Part shown: positions 29,929 to 37,962 of the stretch, piece after piece | Numbering within the stretch: position 1 is the first letter of the stretch | How the letters are laid out: each line of letters opens with the position of its first letter | Source of the DNA: an uncultured Clostridia bacterium | GTDB lineage: Bacteria; Bacillota; Clostridia; TANB77; CAG-508 | Assembly: GCA_934141445.1 (NCBI GenBank) | Contig: CAKPCF010000002.1 | Span: forward strand, 34,752 to 98,751 | Direction: 5' to 3' | DNA: 64,000 bases | Position numbers and translations under genes: made by a program | The notes under the pieces: model-generated | Seen by the model: the letters and a program-made list of their open reading frames with translations, nothing else | What the model was told of the DNA's origin: nothing | The model's database searches: none

Positions 29929-29956
29929 TTGACAAAAAGATGTTTTTGTATATAAT
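29929..29956 (+). promoter_or_regulatory. sigma-A-type promoter of recN
   Basis: TTGACA (29929-29934), 16 nt spacer, TATAAT (29951-29956). Confidence 0.55.
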
Positions 29957-30023
29957 AATTATAGCAAACATATTTTTGTGTTTTGAAAAATATTAAATCT
30001 AATTTATAAGGTTGGTGGCTAGT

Positions 30024-31664
30024 ATGATAACAAGTTTACATATAAAAAATATAGGTATTATAGATGAAATAAATATTAACTTAAATGAAGGTTTTAATGT
30101 GTTAACAGGTGAGACTGGTGCAGGTAAAACTTTAATTATAGATAGTTTGCAAATTATTGCAGGTGGTAGATTTTCAAAGGAAATGATTAGAAGAGGAGAA
30201 AGTTGTTCTTATGTTGAAATGAGTTTATTTTTACCTGGGCAAGGTTTTGAAGATGATACTGTAATTGTTTCTAGAGAAATGAATATAAAAGGAAAAAATT
30301 TATGCAAAATAAATGGGAGACTTGTAACAGTTAGCGAATTAAAAGATTTTATGAAAAATATAATAGATATACATGGACAAAATGATAGTCAATCAATTTT
30401 AGATAATAGTACACATATTGAACTTATAGATGGATTTGCAAATAAAGAAATTAAAGATGTAAAAAATCAATATACAGAATTGTTTAAACAATATCAAGAA
30501 ATAAAGAAAGCTTTAAATGAAAACTATGGAGATGATAGAGAGAAACAAAGAAAATTAGATTTACTAAAATACGAAGTAGAAGAGATAAGAAATGCTGATT
30601 TGAAAATTGGAGAAGAAGAGGAAATCGAAGAAAAAAGAAAACTGATTAGTTCATCTGAAAAAATAGCAAATAATTTACAAGAAGCAGAAATGCAAATTAC
30701 AGAAAATGTAATTGAAAATTTGAATATGGCAATAAGAGCAATGGAAAAAATTGAGAGCTACAAAGAAGAATATGGTACATTAGTTGGTGAATTGAAAAAT
30801 TCTTACTATGAGCTACAAGAGGCTGCCAGAGATATATCAAATAATAGAGAAGATGTGTATTTTGATGAAGAAGAACAAAAAGAAATTGAAGAAAGATGGG
30901 ATTTAATACATTCTTTAAAGAGAAAATATGGCAATACAATAGAGGAAATTTTAAATTATGAAAAAGAGAAATCAATAGAAATAGAGCAGATAGAAAATTT
31001 AGATGAATATATATTAGAACTTAAAAATAAGCAAAGTAAAATAGAAAAAGATATGAAAAAAATAGCTTTAGAATTACATAAAATTCGTGAAAAATATGCT
31101 AATGTTTTATCAGAACAAATCAATAAAGAATTACAAGATTTAGAAATGAAAAATGCAAAATTTAGTGTTGAATTTGAGAATTTTGAAGGTTCTGTTTTTA
31201 ATAAAGATGGATTAGATAAACTGGAATTTATGATTAAAACAAATGTTGGAGAAGAGGCAAAACCACTTACTAAAATTGCTTCTGGTGGCGAAATGTCAAG
31301 AATAATGCTTGCTATTAAAAATGTTTTAGCAGATGTAGACAAAGTACCTGTTTTGATTTTTGATGAGATAGATACAGGAATTAGTGGTGTTGCCGCTAAT
31401 AGTACAGGAGAAAAAATGAAGTCAATTTCTAAAAAACATCAAGTAATTTGTGTAACTCATCAAGCAAGTATAGCTGCTAAAGGTGACTATAATTATTACA
31501 TTTCAAAAGAAGTTGTAAATGAAAAAACAGCTACAAAAATTAAATTATTATCAGAAGAAGAAGTAATAAAAGAAATTGCAAGGATAGCCAGTGGCACTAT
31601 TAGTGAAGCTTCTATAAATCATGCAAAAGAACTAAGAGGAAGAAAATTAAAATTAGTTGTATAA
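30024..31664 (+). CDS. recN: DNA repair protein RecN
   Basis: MITSLHIKNIGIID..., Walker A LTGETGAGKTLIIDSL, long coiled coil, and C-terminal ASGGEMSRIMLAIK...LIFDEIDTGISG. Confidence 0.9.
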   Translation: MITSLHIKNIGIIDEININLNEGFNVLTGETGAGKTLIIDSLQIIAGGRFSKEMIRRGESCSYVEMSLFLPGQGFEDDTVIVSREMNIKGKNLCKINGRLVTVSELKDFMKNIIDIHGQNDSQSILDNSTHIELIDGFANKEIKDVKNQYTELFKQYQEIKKALNENYGDDREKQRKLDLLKYEVEEIRNADLKIGEEEEIEEKRKLISSSEKIANNLQEAEMQITENVIENLNMAIRAMEKIESYKEEYGTLVGELKNSYYELQEAARDISNNREDVYFDEEEQKEIEERWDLIHSLKRKYGNTIEEILNYEKEKSIEIEQIENLDEYILELKNKQSKIEKDMKKIALELHKIREKYANVLSEQINKELQDLEMKNAKFSVEFENFEGSVFNKDGLDKLEFMIKTNVGEEAKPLTKIASGGEMSRIMLAIKNVLADVDKVPVLIFDEIDTGISGVAANSTGEKMKSISKKHQVICVTHQASIAAKGDYNYYISKEVVNEKTATKIKLLSEEEVIKEIARIASGTISEASINHAKELRGRKLKLVV

Positions 31665-31867
31665 CAAAAATAAAATGATAAGTGTATAAGGCTGAAAACA
31701 AGCATTTTAAAGCATTTTGATGTGAGTACATTTGAAATAAAAAGTAAGAAAATGTAAAAAGTACTTAAAAATATAAATACATGAGTAAAAAAAGTGAAAA
31801 AAATGATGAAACCTTGATGTACCAATGTGTACAAGTTGAAAAATAAGCATAAATTCAACTTTGAGAT

Positions 31868-31896
31868 TTGAAAAATAAAAATAAACTGTGTATACT
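31868..31896 (+). promoter_or_regulatory. candidate sigma-A promoter upstream of the MutS-like ORF
   Basis: TTGAAA, 17 nt spacer, TATACT. AT-rich background makes false positives likely. Confidence 0.35.
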
Positions 31897-31965
31897 AATA
31901 GTGATTTGAAAATTATGGCCATATAAAATACAACAAAATTTAATACAAAACAAAAAGGAAATGGA

Positions 31966-32403
31966 ATGGGAAAACATAACTCAAAATTTGAAAAATTTAA
32001 AGAATTAAAGTTTTTAAATCCGAATAAATTGTACATATTTGAGAATGGAGTTTTCTATATAACTTATAATGAAGATGCAGACAAAATGAAAGAAGTATTT
32101 GGCTTTGTAGTTAAGCAAATGGGAAGTATATATAGAAAATGTGAATTTCCAGTACAATATTTTGAAAGATATGAAAAAGCTTTGAAACTAAAGAAAATTG
32201 ACTATGAAGTAGTAGCAGTAACTAAGAAAAAGAAGAAGATAACAGCTGATGAACTAGACACTCAACATAGTGAATGTAGTAACTTGATGCATCTAGAAAT
32301 TCTTCAGATAATTCAAAAAGCAGATTTATCAAAAATAACACCAATTCAAGCTATGAATATTTTATTAGAAATGCAAAATAGAGTAAAAAATTCCAAACTC
32401 TAG
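31966..32403 (+). CDS. MutS-domain-I-like mini-protein (DGR-adjacent, MSL-like)
   Basis: 145 aa. LYIFENGVFYITYNEDADKMKEVFGF...CEFPVQYFERYEKALKLKKIDYEVVAV parallels this window's own MutS N-terminus (ILFYRIGDFYEMFYDDALVASREL...[27 protein letters not shown]). The tail LSKITPIQAMNILLEMQNRV parallels the MutS C-terminus LNELTPIDALNTLAKMKEML. No ATPase domain. Confidence 0.55.
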   Translation: MGKHNSKFEKFKELKFLNPNKLYIFENGVFYITYNEDADKMKEVFGFVVKQMGSIYRKCEFPVQYFERYEKALKLKKIDYEVVAVTKKKKKITADELDTQHSECSNLMHLEILQIIQKADLSKITPIQAMNILLEMQNRVKNSKL

Positions 32404-32465
32404 AACTGTAATTAAAAGCTATTGGTAAAAAAGATAACAAAAAGTAAAAAATATGAAATAAAAAA

Positions 32466-32516
32466 CCTTAAGTGTAGAAATTATAAATACTTTAATTTCT
32501 GTACTTAAGGTTTTTT
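32466..32516 (+). terminator. strong rho-independent terminator after the MutS-like ORF
   Basis: 17-bp stem CCTTAAGTGTAGAAATT / AATTTCTGTACTTAAGG (two G-U pairs), 11-nt loop, then T6. Confidence 0.8.
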
Positions 32517-32815
32517 ATTATTTACTAAAATTCTAACATTGAGCCAGTTTAAAGTCAATATAAAAATATAAAAAGTTGAAAAATATCAGTTTTTTTGTTC
32601 GACAAAAATTGCAAAAATATTGAGTTTTCAACGATTTTGCCCACTTCAATTCTTCCTTAAGTACAGAACTTAACGAAGGATAGAGGTGGTTTTCCCTCTA
32701 GCAAGCAAGACTTTCCGAATAAATTGTATATGCAATTTATTGTGTTTTGTTTTTATGGATTTTTGGAGAAAGGCCTACCCCTTTCTCCAACTTAAATTAT
32801 ACAGAGGAGGAAAAA

Positions 32816-33565
32816 ATGATGAAAAGAAAATTAGAAATTACTTTATTTATCTTTTTAGTAGTGATAGCGGTTTTAACAATAAATAGTGAAGCAGCTTATC
32901 AATCAAGACCAGGTTTTTCAGCTTTAGTAAATACAACATCAAATAGCTTTTTTGAAAATATAAGAAAAATGGAATCTAAAGATGGTCCTATGGGATTAAG
33001 TGCAGAATTTACAGTTACTGATACAGAAGTAAAAGAAACAACAGCATCAAATAATATAGATGTCCATATGATAAAAAATTCTGAATGGGGTGCAGCAGTT
33101 CTTCTTGCAGCATCTGGATATGGTGCAGGAACAGATGGTGAAGCAGGAACATATACAACAGGTTCTAGTAATTATACAGGAATTTACGGTATGGGAAATG
33201 GCAACTGGGAATATACAGCTAGTTATTGTGTACAAGGTGGTTCTACAGCTACAGGAAATTCAAATGTTAGAAGCATATTACATAGCTATGCTAATAGTAA
33301 TTCAAAGTATGTAGATGTATATAGAAATCCAAATAACCAGGTAACGGCAGATTATGATACTTTTGCTAGTAAGAACAATCACATCAAAGGTGATGCACTA
33401 GTTGAAGTTATGGGCTTACACAGCGGCAATTTGTACCTTGTTACTACGGACGTTCCCGTATTCGTACGTGGCAGCGGTGGTGTCTTTGCTTTCTATAGGT
33501 ACTTTGGTTATGGCGACAGCTACTTCACTTCGCGTGCGGTGGCTGTGTGCGGAGCTGGACTTTAA
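32816..33565 (+). CDS. secreted DGR variable (target) protein, C-type-lectin/FGE-like fold inferred
   Basis: ATG at 32816, 5 nt after GAGGAGG; the track ORF start at 32747 lacks an RBS. Signal peptide MMKRKLEITLFIFLVVIAVLTINSEA. Motifs NSEWGAAVLLAASG, GIYGMGNGNWEY and VFVRGSGGVF resemble the EWEYAARGG / GLxDMxGNVWEW / RGGSW blocks of FGE-type DGR targets. The last 47 codons are the VR. Confidence 0.85.
   Translation: MMKRKLEITLFIFLVVIAVLTINSEAAYQSRPGFSALVNTTSNSFFENIRKMESKDGPMGLSAEFTVTDTEVKETTASNNIDVHMIKNSEWGAAVLLAASGYGAGTDGEAGTYTTGSSNYTGIYGMGNGNWEYTASYCVQGGSTATGNSNVRSILHSYANSNSKYVDVYRNPNNQVTADYDTFASKNNHIKGDALVEVMGLHSGNLYLVTTDVPVFVRGSGGVFAFYRYFGYGDSYFTSRAVAVCGAGL
33422..33561 (+). repeat. DGR variable repeat (VR)
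   Basis: 140 bp, offset exactly 201 nt from TR. 125 of 140 positions are identical and all 15 differences lie opposite TR adenines. The 3' 48 bp are invariant and GC-rich. Confidence 0.92.
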
Positions 33566-33571
33566 GCACTG

Positions 33572-33613
33572 CACCTTGTGATTTGAGAGGCGTGTAGAAA
33601 TTCAAATCAGGTG
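33572..33613 (+). other. hairpin immediately 3' of VR (candidate DGR target-recognition stem-loop)
   Basis: CACC-ttg-TGATTTGA ...15 nt... TCAAATCA-GGTG. Starts 11 nt after the VR end. Confidence 0.5.
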
Positions 33614-33622
33614 TTACACTGA

Positions 33623-33762
33623 AGCGGCAATAAGAACCTTGTTACTACGGACAATCCCGTATTCGTACGTGGCAGCGGTGGTGTCTTTGCTTTCAATAGG
33701 AACAATGGTAATAGCAACAGCAACAACACTTCGCGTGCGGTGGCTGTGTGCGGAGCTGGACT
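33623..33762 (+). repeat. DGR template repeat (TR)
   Basis: Non-coding copy of VR. In the VR frame it reads SGNKNLVTTDNPVFVRGSGGVFAFNRNNGNSNSNNTSRAVAVCGAGL, with the AAY-rich codon usage typical of TRs. Confidence 0.92.
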
Positions 33763-33785
33763 CTTGTGTGAAGGTTTTATTTTCT

Positions 33786-33817
33786 AAAAATTTTACTTAT
33801 TTATAAGTAAAATTTTT
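33786..33817 (+). terminator. A/T-rich 14-bp hairpin downstream of TR (terminator-like)
   Basis: AAAAATTTTACTTA-ttta-TAAGTAAAATTTTT. Confidence 0.4.
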
Positions 33818-34082
33818 AAAAGTAATTATAGTGATTTTCATAATAATATAAATTTTAAAATTCGCAGTTTAATATTTAGTAATATATGAAAAAATAAATG
33901 GACCTAAATTTCTTTAATTATGAAAATAAAAGATTTAGGTGGAGCAAAGTTTAAGGACTTTACTGATTAGATTTTTCACACACAAAAGAAGTGTAATTCC
34001 TTCCTTTTTGGTAAAAATTTGAAAGGAGTAGTACAATGCAAGTAAAGGAAACTTGAAAGTGATGTACACATAATTAAATAAA

Positions 34083-34442
34083 ATGGCTAAACAAGATACA
34101 AGATTGATTATATACGAAAGATTAGTAGATTTAATTTTTTATTCTAAAAATTTATTAAAAAAATTTCCAAAATCTGAAAGATTTGATTTATGTGCAGACA
34201 TAAAACAAGCTTTATACAAAGTATTAAGATTAGTAATGTATTCTTGGAAAGAGAAAGATATTGAACAAAGATATCAAAATTTAAAAGAAGCAGATATAGA
34301 AATTTATGTATTAAAAACATTAACAAGATTGTCTTATATGGATAGATATATTACAGAACAAAACTATATGACATGGAATAATCACCTTTCTGAAATAGGA
34401 AAGATGTTAGGTGGGTGGATAAAAACATGTCAAAAAGGGTAA
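34083..34442 (+). CDS. avd: Avd-like accessory variability determinant (four-helix-bundle / 23S rRNA-IVS protein family)
   Basis: 119 aa. LIIYERLVDLIFYSKNLLKKFPKSERFDLCADIKQALYKVLRLV matches the FPK.ER signature of the family. Overlaps the RT start. Confidence 0.8.
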   Translation: MAKQDTRLIIYERLVDLIFYSKNLLKKFPKSERFDLCADIKQALYKVLRLVMYSWKEKDIEQRYQNLKEADIEIYVLKTLTRLSYMDRYITEQNYMTWNNHLSEIGKMLGGWIKTCQKG

Positions 34443-35464
34443 ATAATATATTTTTACAAAAGATAAAATTTAAAAATATATATGCCGCATATAGAAGAGC
34501 ATCAATTCTAAAACATAAAAATAGAGAAGTGATACTGTTTGAAATGGACTTAGCTCAAAATTTATATGATATATTAAAAGATTTATATTTTCAAAGGTAT
34601 AAGCCAGGAATATATCGAAAATTTGTTGTATATGAACCTAAAAGAAGAGAAATAATGTCACTTCCATTTAGAGACAGAGTTGTTCAACAATGGTATGTGG
34701 AAGAATTTATAAGACCAATTTTTATTCCAAAATTGATAGTAGATACTTATGCTTGTATTCCAGGTAGAGGCTTACATCATGCAATTCATAAACTACAATA
34801 TTATATGCAAAAAATGAAAAAAGAAAATGAAGATTTTTATATTTTAAAATGTGATGTTGCAAAATTTTTTAACAATATTCATAAAGATATTTTATATGAA
34901 ATTATAGAAAGAAAAATAAAAGATAAATATTTTTTAGAGTGTACGAAGCATATTTTATTTGATGGAACTTATAAAGTTGGAATACCAATTGGAAATTATA
35001 CTTCACAATTTTTTGCAAATATATATTTGAATGAACTAGACCATTTTGTTAAAGAAAAATTAAAAATTAAATATTATGTTAGATATATGGATGATTTTAT
35101 ATTATTGCTTCCTAATAAAGAAAAGGCTATTGAAATAAGAAAAGAAATAGAAAGCTTTTTAGATACAAGATTAAAATTAGCATTAAATAGAAAAACAAAT
35201 TATTTTAAAAATAAACAAGGAGTAAGTTTTTGTGGGTATCATATTTATGTTCACAAAATTGTTTTACTAAATCAAAACAAAAAGAAAATATACAAAAGAG
35301 TAAAGCATTGGAATGAATTATATGCGAAGGGTGAATTAGATATGTTTGAAGCAGCACAAAGCTTAATAGCATGGATAGGACATGCTAGTGCAGCAGATTC
35401 TTACGAATATATAAATAAGATAAAAAACAAATGTGATTGGTATTACAAAGGAGATATAAAATGA
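34427..35464 (+). CDS. DGR-type reverse transcriptase
   Basis: Motifs RREIMSLPFRDRVVQ, CIPGRGLHHA, LKCDVAKFFNNI, the DGR-diagnostic IGNYTSQFFANIYLNELD, YVRYMDDFILL and GVSFCGYHI. Start is ATG 34427 (or GTG 34415), inside the avd 3' end. Confidence 0.9.
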   Translation: MSKRVNNIFLQKIKFKNIYAAYRRASILKHKNREVILFEMDLAQNLYDILKDLYFQRYKPGIYRKFVVYEPKRREIMSLPFRDRVVQQWYVEEFIRPIFIPKLIVDTYACIPGRGLHHAIHKLQYYMQKMKKENEDFYILKCDVAKFFNNIHKDILYEIIERKIKDKYFLECTKHILFDGTYKVGIPIGNYTSQFFANIYLNELDHFVKEKLKIKYYVRYMDDFILLLPNKEKAIEIRKEIESFLDTRLKLALNRKTNYFKNKQGVSFCGYHIYVHKIVLLNQNKKKIYKRVKHWNELYAKGELDMFEAAQSLIAWIGHASAADSYEYINKIKNKCDWYYKGDIK

Positions 35465-37953
35465 AAGGAAAGAAGGCTAAATTAAGCAATCATCAAGGAA
35501 TCACTCTTATCGCTTTAGTTATTACAATAATAATTATGTTGATTTTAGCAGGAATAAGTTTAAATGCAACGATAGGTGATAATGGAATTATTAGTAAGGC
35601 AAGAGAAGCTAAGTTTAAACAAGCTTTGTCTTCATATAAAGAACAAGCAGATGCTTATGTATTAAATTACAATATGAATAATGACATTGGAATTGGTGAA
35701 GAGTCTACTTTATATTCAGGAGCACTTCGAGAAGCTGGAAAAGAAAATGACACTACTGGAATATACAATGATATATATACGAAGCATTTTAAGGATTTAA
35801 AGAAACTATCAGAAGGTTCTAGTACTGGAACAATTTCAAATACTAGCATTGATGAAGTGATTCCAGATATGGAAAATTACTATAAAAAACATGTTGGCGT
35901 TGAAAATGGAACTATGATGTGGTTTGCTGAAAAAAGAGATGATGAAGAGGTACAATGGGCTTTGGAACTTGGTGTATCAGTATTTATCGAAGGTGTAGGA
36001 AAGGTTTTACCAGATGGAAGCTATCAAATATATTCAAAGGGTGAATATGCAAATACAATGGGAACTTCTGGTACATATTGTGCAGAGCCAGATTTAACAG
36101 GCTTTAACACAGCAACAACATATTACATTGAATATGAATCAGATAATCAAAGCAGTAACTCTGGAAACCCAATTTATTTAAATGTACCAGATAATTGGTA
36201 TGACTATGGTAATCAAAGATGGGCAAATATTGCAACAGTTAATGACTGTCAAATGACATATTGGACATGGATACCAAGATATGTTTATAAAGTAGATGGA
36301 AATTCAATTGATTGTAAATTTGTAAATACATCTAATGTTTGTATTGGTACAGATGGACTTGAAATTGATGTTTCAGACTATATTTTACCAAGTGCATTTA
36401 CATTTGATGGAAAAGAACTTTCTGGAATTTGGGTAAGCAAATATGAAATATCAGAACCAGTACATCCAACAGGATTTTCTGCTACAACAGATAAAGACAG
36501 TATAACAATTCAAAGTGTTACTACAATTGGCTCAAGTACACCAGGTGGAGAAAATCCAATCGGAAAAGATGTAGAAATACATATAAGTGGAAATGGATTT
36601 GATAAAACAATTTCACATGTTGATTTACCATATAAAATTGAAGGTTTGTCACCAGATAAAACATATAAAGTTGAAGTTGAGACACCTACATTTTATGAAT
36701 CTAGAATGACTTTATCAAGAGAACTTACAACACCAGAAGGTACTGTAAATGAAATTGCAAATCCAGACTTTACAGGATTTAATACAGACACTACATATTT
36801 TCTTGAATATGAAGAGGACAATAAAACAGCAAAAATTGGAGAAAAAGTTCAAACAACAGTTGATTCAATTGATACATCAAAATTAGTTGCATCAAATGCT
36901 CCAACAAATTGGTATGATTATACAAAAAAAAGATGGGCAAATATTGCTACAATGACATCTGATGGTAAAGTTGCATATTGGACTTGGGTTCCAAGATATA
37001 AGTATAAAGTTATCGAATCAGATGATACAGTAGATTGTATTTTTGTAAGTAAGAGCAAAACAAATTCTTTATTAGGTTCATTAACTGATAAATATGTAAT
37101 TCCATCAGCATTTACTTGGGATAGCAAAGAACTTTCTGGAATATGGGTTCTAAAATATGAAGTTACTCTTGCAAAAGAACCAACAAGTTTTGTTGTACAA
37201 GCAGGTTCTAATGAAATAAAAATAACAAGTGTTTCATACACAGGTTCAGGAGGAAATTTACCAACTGATGGATATACATTGAATGTTACTGACAAAGCAA
37301 CAAATAGCAAAGTAATAAATAATTCAAGTATAAGTATTGGTTCAAATGGATACACAATTACAGGTTTGTCTGCTGGACATACTTATGATATAGAGCTAAC
37401 AGCCCCAATGGTATATAATGATGCAAATGGCAGTAAGCAATATAAGAAATTGACCAGAACTGTTTCAACAATAGGAAATGGTGAAGGTACAGCTAATGTG
37501 CCAAATTTAGATGGATTCAGTAAAGAAAATACATATTATGTTGTATATAGTAGTAATAAGCAAAAAGCTTTATTAGGAGATAAAGTTGAATATGATTCAA
37601 ACGGTAATCCTACAAATGCTCCAACAGACTGGTATGATTATGGCGCAAAGAGTTGGGCAAATATTGTTACAATTACAGCAGATGAAGGTAAGAATTTGAA
37701 TTTGACAAAAGGTATGGAAATTGGCTCAATAAATACAACATATTCAAAGATGGCTATGTTTGTTTGGGTACCTAGATATGAATATAAAGTAGATGAAACT
37801 TCTGATTCAACAGATATAATATTTATTTCAGCTAGTAAGAAAAATGCAGATAGCGGATATACAATTCCATCAGCATTTACTTGGGGAGACAAGGAACTTT
37901 CAGGGTATTGGGTATCTAAATATGAAGTGACAGAAATAAATAATGAGAATTAA
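35461..37953 (+). CDS. 830-aa pilin-like-anchored surface protein with three repeat modules separated by FN3-like spacers
   Basis: The ATG overlaps the RT stop (ATGA, 35461-35464) and follows the RBS AAAGGAG. N-terminus MKGKKAKLSNHQG/ITLIALVITIIIMLILAGISL is prepilin-like: Gly at -1, but no Phe at +1 and no Glu at +5. The module ...NWYDYxxxxWANI..T...YWTW(I/V)PRYxYKV...D(C/I)xF(V/I)...IPSAFTWxxKELSGxWVSKYE(I/V) occurs three times (36085-36453, 36763-37167, 37501-37932). Confidence 0.7.
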   Translation: MKGKKAKLSNHQGITLIALVITIIIMLILAGISLNATIGDNGIISKAREAKFKQALSSYKEQADAYVLNYNMNNDIGIGEESTLYSGALREAGKENDTTGIYNDIYTKHFKDLKKLSEGSSTGTISNTSIDEVIPDMENYYKKHVGVENGTMMWFAEKRDDEEVQWALELGVSVFIEGVGKVLPDGSYQIYSKGEYANTMGTSGTYCAEPDLTGFNTATTYYIEYESDNQSSNSGNPIYLNVPDNWYDYGNQRWANIATVNDCQMTYWTWIPRYVYKVDGNSIDCKFVNTSNVCIGTDGLEIDVSDYILPSAFTFDGKELSGIWVSKYEISEPVHPTGFSATTDKDSITIQSVTTIGSSTPGGENPIGKDVEIHISGNGFDKTISHVDLPYKIEGLSPDKTYKVEVETPTFYESRMTLSRELTTPEGTVNEIANPDFTGFNTDTTYFLEYEEDNKTAKIGEKVQTTVDSIDTSKLVASNAPTNWYDYTKKRWANIATMTSDGKVAYWTWVPRYKYKVIESDDTVDCIFVSKSKTNSLLGSLTDKYVIPSAFTWDSKELSGIWVLKYEVTLAKEPTSFVVQAGSNEIKITSVSYTGSGGNLPTDGYTLNVTDKATNSKVINNSSISIGSNGYTITGLSAGHTYDIELTAPMVYNDANGSKQYKKLTRTVSTIGNGEGTANVPNLDGFSKENTYYVVYSSNKQKALLGDKVEYDSNGNPTNAPTDWYDYGAKSWANIVTITADEGKNLNLTKGMEIGSINTTYSKMAMFVWVPRYEYKVDETSDSTDIIFISASKKNADSGYTIPSAFTWGDKELSGYWVSKYEVTEINNEN

Positions 37954-37962
37954 GGTGAATTT

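Larger units (their letters stand above)
32816..35464 (+). mobile_element. diversity-generating retroelement core (target/VR - TR - avd - RT)
   Basis: See the component features below. VR/TR adenine-specific mismatches, plus an Avd-like gene and a DGR-type RT in one orientation. Confidence 0.9.

Noticed and set aside
32686-32886. 66-aa ORF, and the 5' extension (32747-32815) of the DGR target ORF in the track
   Set aside because: Neither has an RBS, and both run through the hairpin-rich leader. The ATG at 32816 has a GAGGAGG RBS and starts a proper signal peptide.
34036-34056. Mini-ORF MQVKET* behind GAAAGGAG in the TR-avd spacer
   Set aside because: Six codons with no supporting context. 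The RBS-like string is part of a TCCTTT/AAAGGA hairpin. Probably chance.
36085-37932. Three repeat modules of the 830-aa protein as possible additional DGR variable repeats
   Set aside because: None contains sequence matching TR (33623-33762) or its GC-rich 3' end. The modules differ from one another at all base types, so they are ordinary diverged protein repeats.
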